DNA of 63,996 nucleotides, counting the filler, from Chrysochromulina tobinii (taxonomy: Eukaryota), in the NCBI GenBank assembly GCA_001275005.1. It is 11 parts of 11 records of this genome, joined end to end, with 100 filler letters (N's around TTAATTAATTAA, not from the genome) between each part and the next. Parts side by side here need not be neighbours in the genome. Positions count along the whole stretch, not along the records: positions 6,588 to 16,691 come from JWZX01000153.1; positions 16,792 to 21,387 come from JWZX01000154.1; positions 21,488 to 24,093 come from JWZX01000155.1; 8 more parts are not named here. One strand, written 5' to 3'. A model generated the notes under the pieces. It ran no database searches and was not told the origin of the DNA. It was given only the letters and a program-made list of their open reading frames with translations. A program made the translations under genes and the position numbers. Position 1 is the stretch's first letter. Each line of letters starts with the position of its first letter. Positions 11,286 to 23,390 of the stretch are shown in pieces.

Positions 11286-13542
11286 TCACGCGTCGTCATC
11301 GATGATCATGCCGTCGCCCTCCTCCTCATCATCCTCATCCGTGCCAGCCGGAACGCCCTCGCCCTCGGCTGCCGGCAAGGCGTCCTGCAGCAACGGCTCG
11401 TCGGCCTGCGCGGCGTCCTCGTCGTCCATCTCGAAACCGTCGGGCTCGTCGGCGGCGGGCGCCGCCTCGTCTTCGTCCTCGGCCGCGGCAGGCGCGACGG
11501 AGTGCGTGATGCGCAGCGGGCCCGTGTCGCCTGGGCCGCGCAGCAGCAAGCGGCGCTGGTTCTGGCTTTCGGCCTCGTCCTCGTTGACCGTACGGCGTGA
11601 GAAGGTGATCGACGATGGTCGTGCGGACTTGGTGCGGTAGCTCTTGCGCGCCATGGCGATGCGCGACTCGATGGGATTATAGCTCGCAACGGTTTCACCA
11701 ATGGCCAGGTAGTAAGTGTCCTGCGCGCTGGTGTCACGCTTTGCGAGCGTGTATTGGTACTCGCGCACCCACTCGAGGGGCACGTCTTCCTCGAGCGCCT
11801 CGTCCGCCCCCTCGCGCGCGGGCGGCAGCATGTACGCGAGGTACATCTCATTCTTGTCCTGCTCTTTGCGCGAGAAGCCCTTGCACAGCGCGCGCCCGAT
11901 CCGCTCTCGCGCGTAGGCAACCTCGAGATCGCCAGGCTTGGAGAGACTCGGGTCGATGTCGAAGGTCATGATGGAGTACCTGTTGTCCCAGCCAGCGTAG
12001 TCGGGGAGCACAGGCACCGAGCTCACCGGCGTGAGGCTCGGGTCGCTCGGGTGGACCAAAGTCGACGAGCGCACGTTGATGGTCTCAGCATCGTCAAAGG
12101 ACTTTTCGATCGCCTCGATCTGCTGCGCGAGCGTGCGCGTCGTGTTGGTGGTCATGGCGAGGTGCTTGGAGGTCTCGAGCACAGGCTTCGATTCCATGTT
12201 CACCTTCTGGAACTTGTTGACCGAGTCGTACAGGTTGTTACTCATGATCGGCGTCTTGCGCAGGAATGTGACGTTCTCACGCATCTCCTTGGCGACAGCG
12301 GCGATCCCCTTGCGTTCGCCGAGCGCCTGGGCAAACGCGCTCGCCGAGAGTAGCTCCTCATCGGCGGCGTCGAGCTCGGTGCCGGGCGCGGCCGCCGCGA
12401 ACGCCTCCGGGTCCACGAGGTCGATGGTGATGCCCAGGTCGGGCTCGGGCAGCAATTCGTACTTTGCACTCATCTCGACGGCGCTGTCGAAGCGGAACCG
12501 TACGAAGCTGGCACGCTCGAAGTCGATCTCGAGGAGCTTCGGGTCGGCGGGCAGCGGCGGCAGCCCAGCCCCGAAATGGTACGGGCACACGAAGTCGCCG
12601 AGCTCGAGGCGCCGGGCCGCCCCGCTCATATCTGCTCGTGGGAGGAGGCGAGAGGGGGCTCGGGGTGGCAGGGGCAGGGGCAGGGCAGGGCGATGGGGGG
12701 GTTCGGGTGGCAGGGTCAGGGGCAGGGCGATGGGGCCGGTGGGGCGCGATGGCCTGGCAGGGGCGACCCTAATATGGCAGGGCACGTGAGCGCGCACCCG
12801 AGGAGACGGGGATGAGGTTGAGCATCCGCTGCCGCTCCTTGTTCGCCACCGCCGCCTCCTCCTCCTTCTTGCGCTTCTCGTGCCTGCGCCGCTCCTCATC
12901 CGCTGCTGACGGCTTCTCACCACGATTCTCCTTACTGCTCGCCGGCGCCCCAGCGCCGCTCGGACGGGCGCCGCCCGAGGGCGGGGGCGGCGGCGGCGGC
13001 AGGCGGAGCCCCGCCACGCCCGGCTGCCCGCTACTGAGCGGCGGTGGCGGCATGCCACCAAAGGGGTTGGCGTTCGGCGGAGGTGGCGGCATCGAGGCAG
13101 CGGATGCCATACCCGGCGGCGCGAATCGCATGTTGGGCGGGGGCATGCCCATGCCCATACCCATGCCACCGCCTTGCATGCCCACCATCGGCGGCATCGG
13201 CGGCCGGCCGGGGAAGCCACCGCCGCCGGGCAGCGTTGGCGGAGGGCCCGACGGAGCGAAGCTGCCGCCGCCACCGCCGCCGCCGCCGCCGCATCCGCCG
13301 CCCATCACCTGACAATAGGGATTCTGCCGCTGCTGCGAGGCGGTGCCCGCTGCTGAGACGGCGGCCGCAGGTGCCTGGGCCCTCGCCAACAAGTTGGACG
13401 TGAATTGGCCAGGAGGTGGCGGCGGCGGCCGCAGTGGCATCATGCCCGGCATGCCTTGAGGCGGCATGCTCGGAGCCGTCAAGAGCGGGTTGCCCATGGA
13501 TGCGAGGAAGTCATCGGCCTGCTTGGATGCGTCGTTCGACAT
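11286..13542 (-). CDS. PAF1: RNA polymerase II-associated factor Paf1 with a Pro-rich N-terminus; intron 12632-12797 (696 aa spliced)
   Basis: LPPLPADPKLL, EPDLGITIDLVDP, FLRKT, IEKSF, HPSDPSLTPV..VPVLPD, WVREY and an acidic tail. A phase-1 GT..CAG intron joins the 12769-13542 and 11286-13274 ORFs in frame. Confidence 0.88.
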
Positions 13543-14042
13543 GGCGTTCAGCAGATGATTCCCAGCAACTTGGCAACGGGACTTGCGCCGCGCGCGCTCA
13601 GCCGCTCACGGCTCGCGTGTTAGTCCTGCGCCTCCTCGCGTCGATCGTTCCAACTTTCGTTCCACAGCATCTAGGGAGTGAGCTCAGTTCAGTTCAGTTC
13701 AGTTTCTTCGCGGTCCCCCCACGCTCGTAGGGAGTGAGCGTGTGCGTCATGGGGAGTGAGAGAGTGAACACGCGCCCCGTATTGTTCGACGGTGGGTCTG
13801 TGTCTCAATAACTCACTCACTCACTCACAGCAATTCGGTATTCGCGAGTGTGAATGTGCAGTGTTTCAAGCCTGTAGCCTCTTACCGTGAAGTTGTACAG
13901 TTCTGAACCGGCTCGTCCCCGCTCCGCAAAATCTTATCACGATCCTTTAGTGTGGCCGGTGCGTCAGAATTGTACACTAACAAGCAAGGCAACCACACGA
14001 CCGAACCAGAAGATCTCGACGAGTCCGGCCGGCTCGCAGAGC

Positions 14043-15565
14043 TCAGCTCCTGTCACTGAGCGCCGTCTTGAGCGCCTTCTTGGCCAGTCGCCGTTCCTTG
14101 GCGCGCCACCCATCCCGCACGGCACGCGCCTCCGCGAGCACCGGCGCCGATGCAAAGGGCGCCACCGCTTCAAGTGCCTCCCGCAGCGCGCTCAGCTCGC
14201 CTTCGAGCATCGCCTGACGTAGCCGAGCGTCGGCCTCGCGCTCAGCACGGCGCTCCTCGACGGACGCGGGCGAGCGTGCAGGCTCGTCGGAAGCGCGAGC
14301 GCCGAGATGAGCGGTGGCGCGCTCGCTTGCCTGCAGAGCGGCGACGCTGTCCAGCAGGCGCCGCTGCACACCAGGCGAGTGCACCGTCGTGGTCGAGAAG
14401 GAGGAGGAGGAAGAGGAGCCGCAGTCGGTCGGCACGCGCATTGGAAGCACGGGGCCGCACAGAACGCCTCCCTTGCCCGCGCCGGCCCCAACCAGCGCTG
14501 AGGGGCTACAGGCGGCGGCGCTCGCGGCGGCTGCATCGCTGAACCGTGAGCATGCGGGATGGCCGGCCGCGGTCATCGGCCGTGGAGGCAGTCCGGGTGC
14601 CCGGGACGGCGTCGGTGACGCCAGAGTCGACGGCGTCGATGGCGCCGTCCCGAGCGCCACCGGCAGCGCAGCCCACGGGGTTAGGGTTGGGGCGAGGGCA
14701 TGGGCAAGAGTGTCCGAAGCCGCGACGGTTAACGCGGCGGTCGGCGCGGCGGCCGCATGCCGCAATTGCGCATGTCCCAGTGGTGCATGTCCCAGTGGCG
14801 CATGGTGCAGTGGGTGCGCTTCGGTGGTAGCCATCAACGGTGGTGTTCCCGTAGTACACATTGGCGCATGGCTCAGCGCAAGCCGCACGCAAGCGGGGTG
14901 GCCGGCGGCGGCGGCGGAGAGTCGAATGGGCTCGCTCACACTTTCGCTCGCCCACGCGTGCTCGAGCAGCACACGAACCGTCTCCCAAATCGCCCCGCCG
15001 CCACCGCCACGTGCAATGGCGAGCGCCCGCGTGGCAGCTGTACGTTCGGGTCAGCGTGCGCCGCGACGAGCATTCGGGCGACCTCGGCGTGGCCGCGGCT
15101 GCAGCACGCGTAGAGCGGGCTCATGCTGCCGTGGATGCCCTGCTTCGGGCGCACCACTGCTACCGCGTCCACGGGCGCGCACGCATCGAGCAGCAGCCGC
15201 ACGAGCGGCACGCAGCCCTGCAGCGATGCCTCGTACAACGGCGTGGCCCCGTTCGTGCGCCCGACCGAGGCGTCCGCGCGCCACTCGAGCAACACCACGG
15301 CGACATTCTCGTGCCCGTGTTGAATGGCCACGAACAATGGCGTAGTGCCGTCCGCGAGGCTCTGATTCGCGCTGCATCCCGCTAGCAGGAGGAAGCGAGC
15401 AACGTCGGCGTGGCCGTGCTCGCAGGCGACATACAAAAGATCAGGCTGCGATGCAGCTTCGCACAGACTCTCGGCCACGAGCCGTCGGAGCACAGGAAGG
15501 TCTCCGCGCTCGACAGCGAGCGCGAAGGTCGCCTCGGCCTCTCGCTCGGCTGATGTGTGCGACAT
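14043..15565 (-). CDS. Ankyrin-repeat protein with an apparent frameshift near 14990
   Basis: LLYVACEHGHADVARFLL, GTTPLFVAIQHGH, GATPLYEASLQG, SPLYACCSRGH, SPLHVAV; continues in the 14043-14972 frame (ETVRVLLEH). Confidence 0.75.
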
Positions 15566-15750
15566 GCTCAATGTGGGTGCATTGTGCCGATGCGGCCGCG
15601 GCGTTTCGCAACTTTCCCCCCCCACCTGTGAACAGCCTGCATGTCGCGAGCATGAGAATGAAGCGACTGTGACGTGTGCGAGGTGTTGCCCTTCACGCTT
15701 TGAGTTTGGTCTGTGCGTGTTGGTGTGTTGTGAATGAAAAGCCTGAGAAC

Positions 15751-16302
15751 ATGGCGACAAACTACGCCAAGTGGGCAGCCTTCGACGACAGCTCAGAGGA
15801 CGACGACCTACCAGCACCCCCAACAGCAGCACCGGTGGCACCATCAGCGCCAACGCCGCCCGCAGCGGCAGCAGACGCAGCCACAATCATCGAGCGGCTC
15901 ACCCGCGCAGAGCGGCTCGGTGAGGAGGTGCTCGCAGAGCGCCGCCAGATGGTGGAGCTCGACAGGCAACGCAACCAGAATCGTGAGGCACTCGCGGCGC
16001 TGCGGCGCATGGACCGCGACGCTGCTGCGAGCGCCGGCGTCCCTGCGCCGACTAAGCACTGGATGTGCATGGGTGACGTCTTTCTTCGGCGACCTCACGC
16101 GACGACGCGGCAGTTGCTTGAGGAAGAGCAGGCGCGCATCGAGACCGAGCTCGAGGGTCTGCGCACCAGCGTCACGCGCAAGACCAGCGCGCTCTGCGAA
16201 CTTGACCCATCGATCATGGGCGGTTCCAATATCCATCGATCCTTCCGAGATCTGCATGGGATGTCGGCTGCTGAGCTCGAGCGGCAACGCGCATTCGAAT
16301 GA
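15751..16302 (+). CDS. PDRG1: PDRG1-like prefoldin-beta protein
   Basis: ERLGEEVLAERRQMVELDRQRNQNREAL..WMCMGDVF..LEEEQARIETELEGLR matches the PDRG1 pattern; head-to-head with the ankyrin gene. Confidence 0.8.
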   Translation: MATNYAKWAAFDDSSEDDDLPAPPTAAPVAPSAPTPPAAAADAATIIERLTRAERLGEEVLAERRQMVELDRQRNQNREALAALRRMDRDAAASAGVPAPTKHWMCMGDVFLRRPHATTRQLLEEEQARIETELEGLRTSVTRKTSALCELDPSIMGGSNIHRSFRDLHGMSAAELERQRAFE

Positions 16303-16691
16303 GCGGTAGCGACGCGCACAGCAGTGCACTCAGCTGCGCGGCAGGAGACCGCCCGCCGCAGCACCACGGCTGTGCGCGTATTGTACGCACGCGCCTCGGC
16401 GGTCGCGTGAGACCGGGGATCTGGGCATCTGTTGGCAGTGTCGGGATAAAACCGCCGCCCGGGACAGGATAAAAAATCCTGGCTACTTCACGTTGAGTTC
16501 ACAGCCGTGGGCGTCACACGGCCGTATCGCATATGTCTGTGTATAGGCCTTTCGTTATAACGAGTACGGAACACCCCTTTCACGCTTTCAGCGCGTTTCA
16601 CGAGTCTTCTCTGTGCATCACACTTAGGGATGGTTATGAATAAGCAGCCCCCCACAGAGACGGCCAGGGGCCGGCTCTGAGTCCCTATTCT

Positions 16692-16791
16692 NNNNNNNNN
16701 NNNNNNNNNNNNNNNNNNNNNNNNNNNNNNNNNNNTTAATTAATTAANNNNNNNNNNNNNNNNNNNNNNNNNNNNNNNNNNNNNNNNNNNN
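16692..16791. other. Artificial contig linker
   Basis: 44 N + TTAATTAATTAA + 44 N. Confidence 0.99.
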
Positions 16792-18925
16792 CTCGGGCTG
16801 GCTCACGTGCGAGGAGAAGGGCGTCGGGAGTGCATGCGCACGCTCCTTCTTCGGTCAGTTCCTGACCATAGTGGGATCGATGGTGACGCTGCCGCTCGCC
16901 GTGCTGCCGTGGATGGAGGCGATGCCGGGCGGGCTGTTCGACGCTCTCTGGTTTGCGTGCGCAGCGATGGCGTTGGTGCACTTGTCGATGGCGTTTTGGC
17001 TGAGCGACGGCAAGCCGCACATCGTCGTGGCATGGGTGAGCTCGGCGGTGATGGGGCTGGCGCTCTTGCAGGGAGTCGCCACCGTGGCCCCGTCTGAGAG
17101 TCTGTCTCCCCAGGCTCGCGACGCGCTCGACAAGGCGCGCACCGTGCTCGACAAGCAGTTGGGCAACTGGACACACCTGTTCCACGACGTCAACATCACA
17201 GATCTCAAAGAGGCGCTCGTACCGGAGCTCGAGACTCTGATCAACACGACGCTCTCGAGGCTAAGCCACGACGGCAGTCTCTCTCCCCAGGCTCGAGACG
17301 CGCTCGACAAGGCGCGTACCGCGCTCACGAAGCAGCTTGGCAACTGGACACACCTGTTCCACGACGTCAACTTCACTGGTCTCGAAGAGGCGCTCGTTCC
17401 GGAGCTCGAAAATCTGATTCACACGACGCTCTCGAGGCTAAGCCACGGTCATCCTCCTCCGCCATCGCCCCCCATGCCGCTGAATCCGCCACTTCCACCA
17501 CCACAGTCGCCACCGCACGAGCGTGCTTGCCATTCTCCATGCCTGCAGACAACCTGCGGTTCATTCGAGGGGATCCTGTCCTGCGAGTATTCAAGCAGGA
17601 TGGGATGCAGTTGCTTTGGGTGTTGCTTCTACTTGCCCCCCCCCCAACCTCCCTCCCCATTCCTTCCTCCGCCACCAGCAACTCCGCAACCTTGTTTACC
17701 TCCACCGTCTCTGCCACCACCTCCTCCACCCTCACCACTCCCTCCACCGCCCCCACCGTTCCCAGCACTGCCGCAGCCACATCGACCTCCATCGCCACTG
17801 CCATCACCTCCACCCCCCCCATCGCCCCCTCCTCCTTCACCTATCCCAACTCCACCACCACCATTTCCACCACCACCACCGCTACCATCACCACCTCCAC
17901 CGCCCCTACCATTTCCACCACCACCACCGCTACCATCACCACCACCACCGCCACCGCCTTCACCGTTTCATCCACCTGCTCTTCCACCTCTTCCACCTCC
18001 CATCTTGGTTTCCTTGGGACTGGGCCTTGTAGGCAGCCTTGGTCTTGGCCTTGTTCTCGTTTTCGTTGCTCTCATCTTGAGGCGTTGCACGCAGGCACAA
18101 GGAGGACTGCCAGCAGCGCAACCGTTACCAAAACCTGGAGCAGCCGAGAAGGCGCACGATAAGAACGCCGCGGTCTTCGCACGCGATGACAAGCGATGGG
18201 GAGACGGACTCGAAGCGCCTTCTGCTGGGTCGCGCCACTTTGTGTCACAAGGCTTCATGGTGACGCTGGATGTGCCCGAGGCGATCGCTCGATTTGGGCA
18301 TAGCGCCTCCCACATTGAGCAGATCATGGCTGCCGGCCGCGCGAAGGCATCTACCTCGCAAGCCCCACTCGCCCCTGCTCACGCAGCTGCCCTCTACGCG
18401 TACACAGAGGAGACCCCACTTTACGGGACGCTCAACTACACAATGCGCACGCCTCACACCTCGAGCACACCGACCGACACCGAGCTGAAGCGCTACGCCG
18501 ACTTTCTCGTGCACACGGAGAAAGCTCTGGGTAGCCTGCCGACGCACGTGAGCGAGTTGGAGGGCAAGGTCTATCGGGGCATCAAGGTCCTTCTCAACCA
18601 CGACATCTACGCGCCCGGTAAGCGTATCACGTGGCAGGCGTTCTCGTCCTCGACCAAGAAGCAGACGGCGACGCTCAACTTTGTCAATTTGCTGCCCGGG
18701 CGCAAGCTCTCGGGGTCAATTTTCGTCATCGACTCCATCACCGCCAAAGACATCCGCCACTTCTCGGCCATTCCGAGCGAGGAGGAGGTGCTGTTCCCGC
18801 CCAACTCCCAGTTCAAGGTGGAGAAGGTCGTGACGAGCGAAAAGGAGAAGAAGGCCTTGCTGGACCAGCTCAGCGCTTACGACATGACCGACCTCGACGT
18901 CTACGTGCTCAAGCAGATTGCGTAG
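16792..18925 (+). CDS. Membrane protein (multi-TM module, 2 x 59-aa repeat, Cys-rich, poly-Pro, TM) with a C-terminal R-S-E mono-ADP-ribosyltransferase domain; 5' truncated
   Basis: ALYAYT..LYGTLN, VYRG, WQAFSSST, DIRHFSAIPSEEEVLFPPNSQFKV; TM ILVSLGLGLVGSLGLGLVLVFVALILRR; frame open to the contig start. Confidence 0.85.
17099..17447 (+). repeat. Two 177-bp (59-aa) coding tandem repeats
   Basis: SLSPQARDALDKART..QLGNWTHLFHDVN..LSRLSH starts at 17099 and 17276. Confidence 0.9.
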
Positions 18926-19134
18926 ACGCTCGTCGACAGTGTGTGACCATGGAGTAGCAAGACGAGAGCTGGTGCAAGCTGGTCGGGCGGGGGCAGGGGG
19001 CAGAGAACGGCCGGCCAGTCGCAGCGAGGTGGAGCTCGCGGACACTTTGGGCTGCACCATTCCGTGGATGGGCTACTGTACAACCCAGAGATTAGCCTTG
19101 CCCTTCTACAGCTGTCCTGTGACGCCAGTAAACA

Positions 19135-19500
19135 GGCACCGGCGCGGGCACCGCCTTCGGCGACGGCGTCTACTGCGCGGAGGACGTTGGCAAGACGGAT
19201 CAGCACGTCGGCGCCGACAGCGCGTACGACCCGAGCAACGAGCTGCACAAGCGGCTTTGCGGCAAAACCGTGCGCCACCCGTGCGACGTCTTCTCCGTTC
19301 TCGTGGTGCGCGCGGCCCTGGGCTACCCCGTGCGCACGCAGCAGATGGGCAAGACGGCCACCTCTCGGCGGTGCCGGGCGTCACATCACCAATCGTCCAC
19401 CACTCGCTGATCGCTACTGATCGCCGAGCTGGGCCCCGCCCCCCGCGATCGCGCGCTACCCGCGAGTTTGTTCACATCCACCCGGAGTCCTACTTATGCG
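19135..19500 (+). pseudogene. PARP-type catalytic domain relic (frameshifted; only its tail appears in the ORF track)
   Basis: Manual translation GTGAGTAFGDGVYCAEDVGKTDQH..VFSVLVVRAALG, then after shifts HSLIA and REFVHIHP, matching the PARP FG.G.YFA..KS..Y / CRV.LG / EFV motifs. Confidence 0.65.
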
Positions 19501-19995
19501 CACATCGACTGCCAGATTCCCATTAATGCACATGCTGACATGGCTCCTACGCTTCAGTATAATCGGTTGGACCTGATGATACTACCAATCCGTCACTTGA
19601 GACGAGCGTTGTGCCAAGCATGTAAGATTAGAGCATCTTATCAGAGGTGAATTCAGAATTGGAGAGATTACCGGTACTGTGAGTGTGTGTGAACGTTTAC
19701 GTTAACACGACAGACGCGACAACCGGTGCAGCGTGTGCCCCGTGTCGCGTGTGTCTGTGCGGTCCCGGCTCCCCCGGTGTCTTTTTACCGGTGCTACTGC
19801 ACCGTTTGATAGGTACGCGGAGCGTATCTGTGTGGAAGGGATTACGGGGGAACAGCTGTACTGTACCGGGTTACGGGGGTCCCCGGTGCCTTTTTACCGG
19901 TACAGTACCGGTGAGACTCCGTCGGCGTCGTGTCGCCATGTCAGGACGCAACATTGCTGATGGTCATGCTTTCGTCCTCAACCCGATGCCTGCAG

Positions 19996-21387
19996 ATGCC
20001 GCTCTGGCCGTTTCTCGCAGCAGCTGCTGCGCTGTTCGGAACGTTCTCAGGCCCACAACACTTGACGCAAGAGTCACATCCTGAGACGGGCCGGAGGTCT
20101 GCGCGCGCGCGCCGCCATGTCCCGCCCGGCACACGTGCTCGGCCACGAGCCGGAGCCCCTCGCCCATCCCTCACAGCCGTCGACCCTCCTGTTCGTGCAG
20201 GTACTGGAACAGTTCGGGCGCTGGATGCACGGAGGCGTGCGTCTATGGTACATCAGATGGCTTCTGCGACGATGGCGGCCCCGGAGCCGAGTATTCACTC
20301 TGCAGCCTCGGCACCGACTGCACGGACTGCGGCTCGCGGTCGTCAACTTACCCAACCCCTCCTTTGGCTCCGCCCTATTGGGCACCATCGGGCGTCCCTT
20401 TGGCCCCGCCCTACTCGGCACCACCGGGCGTGACGGCCGCTCACGCCCTGGCGCTCGCGGCGACGGGAATCATGATGATGATGTTCATCTTGTTTGATGA
20501 CGCACATGGTATGCCATTCGAGGTTTTTCTGATTTTGTGCAGCCCGTTCGTGCTTGCCTTGCCGCTCGCGCTGCAGCTTGGAATGCCGGGATGGATCTTC
20601 GACATCGAGGTGGTCGTGTGCATCGCCGCCGCGGCCTTTTGTGCTTTCGTCTGCCTCATGAGCCTCAGCAGACAAAGCAGAGCAGTCGCTTCCGCTGTAC
20701 TCGGCTCTGCGTCGCTCGCGCTTCTCGTGACGGCGCTCAATGCGCTGGTTCCGGCCGCGGCAGTGTACACGCTGCTGCCGCTCGTGTGGGCCGTCGGCAG
20801 CGGATTCGCGATCTCGGGCGGGCTCGCGTGCGAGGAGGAGCGCGTCGGGAGTGCAGACGCACGCTCCTTTTTTGGTCAGTTCCTGGCCATTGTGGGATCG
20901 GTGGTGACGCTGCCGCTCGCCGTGCTGCCTTGGGTGGAGGCGATGCCGGGCGGGCTGTTCGACGCTCTTTGGTTTGCGTGCGCAGCGATGGCGTTGGTGC
21001 ACTTGTCGATGGCGTTTTGGCTGAGCGGAGGCAAGCCGCACATCGTTGTGGCGTGGGTGAGCTCTGCGGTGATGGGGCTGGCGCTCTTGCAGGGAGTCGC
21101 CATCGTGGCCCCGCCTGCGGTATGGGCGCTCTCTCCGAGCCCCCCTCCCTCTCCTCCCGCTCCTCCTCTTCCTCCTTCGGCCCCATCCTACTCGGCACCA
21201 CCGGGCGTGACGGCCGCTCACGCCCTGGCGCTCGCGGCGACGGGGATGATGTGTCTCATCTTCTTTGTGGCAGGGACATACGAGTCATCACCCTCACTTG
21301 TATGGCAAGTTCGTGGTGATCTGCGGCCCGTTCGTGCTCGCCTTGCCGCTCGCGCTGCAGCTTGGAATGCCGGGGTGGATCTTCGAC
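19996..21387 (+). CDS. Signal peptide + Cys-rich CDDGGPG module + repeated multi-TM module; paralog of the ART gene N-terminus; intron about 20097-20200; 3' truncated
   Basis: MPLWPFLAAAAALFG; spliced exon YWNSSGAGCTEACVYGTSDGFCDDGGPGAEYSLCSLGTDCTDCGSR in frame with the 20364 ORF; about 20815-21110 closely resembles 16792-17090. Confidence 0.7.
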
Positions 21388-21487
21388 NNNNNNNNNNNNN
21401 NNNNNNNNNNNNNNNNNNNNNNNNNNNNNNNTTAATTAATTAANNNNNNNNNNNNNNNNNNNNNNNNNNNNNNNNNNNNNNNNNNNN
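21388..21487. other. Artificial contig linker
   Basis: 44 N + TTAATTAATTAA + 44 N. Confidence 0.99.
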
Positions 21488-23049
21488 ACGACGCCGTCGC
21501 CCTACGGCGCGACGCCCCCCCACCCGGGGGCCAGATCGAGGTGAAGAGGTGGAATAGGACATTGGAGACTGTGGCGACTGCGATAAGTTACCCGGTTACC
21601 CGGTTACGTTTAGAGCTCTTTAGGCTTCGGGAACCTAAATCTCTATAGGCACGGCCCGTTATTAAGGCCCAGCGTTACGTATTCCCCGAACCTACGTAGT
21701 TCTGTTACGGTAGGTATTCGGTTGGTATAGTTGCAAGTTGGTACCAGTTTCTGTGTCCCCCTGTGTGCACAGGGCATCTCGACGAACGTGACGCGGCACC
21801 AACCGACCTCGAGCACGTCGACGGCGCGCGGGCCCGACTCCGAGCTCCAATCGCGCAAAGAGCGGCAACAGACCCATCCCCATCCTCCCACCACCCCCAC
21901 ACACCATAAAATGTCGCAATTGAATTTTCTCATCTAACCCACTCAAGGCGCGTTAAGGTAGTCCGCTCATGGTGTACATGGGGCGAAACCTGATCTCCAA
22001 AACTACTGAAGGGATTTGAACGAAACTCAAGCCAGAGGTGTCCCACGCTCTCCCATTGAGTTCTAATTGAGTTCTAGCTCAAAACTTTCAGAATCGAACA
22101 TGGAATCCCATACTCTAAGCGCTAGCCTTGGCGCTAGCAGACCCTTGGATTACATCGAATTCCTCCTCGAAATCGTCCTCGGGTTTCCAGCGTGCGTCCC
22201 ACTCACTCTTTTGGTTATCCACGCCAGGCAACCGGGTGGCGCCCACCAACGCGTGCCGCACCTGGGTCGCGGCGTTGTCGCGCGTCACGTGACGCTCCAC
22301 GCGACTTTACGATACGACATTAAATGACACAACCAATTCGTAGCAACACGCGCGTAACACGCGCCACGCGATTGTAAGTTGATTCAGCGCGTTCACTAGT
22401 TGCTGAATAACAGCAATACATAAAATTGAATGTTTCATTTCCATCGCAAAATATCGAGAAGTCCGCAAAATAACGAGAAAGTCCGCAAAGTAAGGGATTT
22501 TGTTACTTTTTTCCGTGTCGCCTCATGGCTTCCTCACGCCACGCCGACCAAATCGTCCTGCAGCACGCCGAGCTGCTCCAAGTGCTCGCCGACGTGCGCA
22601 AGCGCAACAAGGGCGGGCGCAACGATAAGCATGACACAGCACGGGTGCGGTTTATCAAGGACTTCGCGCTGCGTGGGCTGCGCTTCGGAAAGCTTGTGCC
22701 GACCGCGGACCTCGACATGATCCGCCTCGAGTCAAAGGCGCAGCTGAGCGGGCCGAAGCTCGCGTCCATGGACGCGTGGGCCAAACGGCATGCTCCTGAT
22801 CCACGCTCGGCGAATCAGGGCGTTGTAATTAGTGGAGTAGCTGGGTTCCAAAGAACGCGGCTGACTGCTTTGCTCGATGGCGGCAGACAGCAATCAGGCG
22901 GCGGGATAGCTGCCGGTCGCCACGACATCGTCATTACTCGACACCGTCGTCGTCACGCGACGACGGTGTCGAGTGACTTCTTTTGCGTTCCCTTCGGGGG
23001 GCGCGCTAACGGGCGCGTCTGCCAACAGTACTTACAACATCGCTAAGTC

Positions 23050-23390
23050 CCACCGCAGCCGCCGCCCGACCTCCGCGCCAAGCTCTAGCCCCCGCCTCAC
23101 CGAGCCCGCGCCCGCCTGCCGCAGCCGCCACCGCAGGTAGGCTATCCCGCAGGCGCCGCCCGCCGCCGTACGGTGAGTAGGCTCACCGGCCGCAGCCGTA
23201 CGGTACGTAGGCTCGCCGGCCCGCCGAGACGGCCCGCCGCAGGCGCCGCCGGAGACCGCCATCCGCAGGCACCGTCCAAGACCGCCCGCCTCTGGTGCCG
23301 TCGGAGGTGCAGGCTTGCCCGCCGGAGGTGCCCGCCGCAGGCGCGAAGACAGCCCGCCGCAGGCGCCGCCGGAGCCCGCCGCAGGCGAAT
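23050..23390. repeat. GC-rich cluster of CCGCAGGC(G) motifs
   Basis: Repeated cgccgcaggcg / ccgcaggc and paired gccgtacggt..gtaggctc units. Confidence 0.6.

Noticed and set aside
14676..14692. Telomere-like GGGTTAGGGTT
   Set aside because: Fewer than two full units, inside an ORF
22525..23046. 173-aa ORF
   Set aside because: The first half looks coding but has no recognisable motif; not enough support for a call
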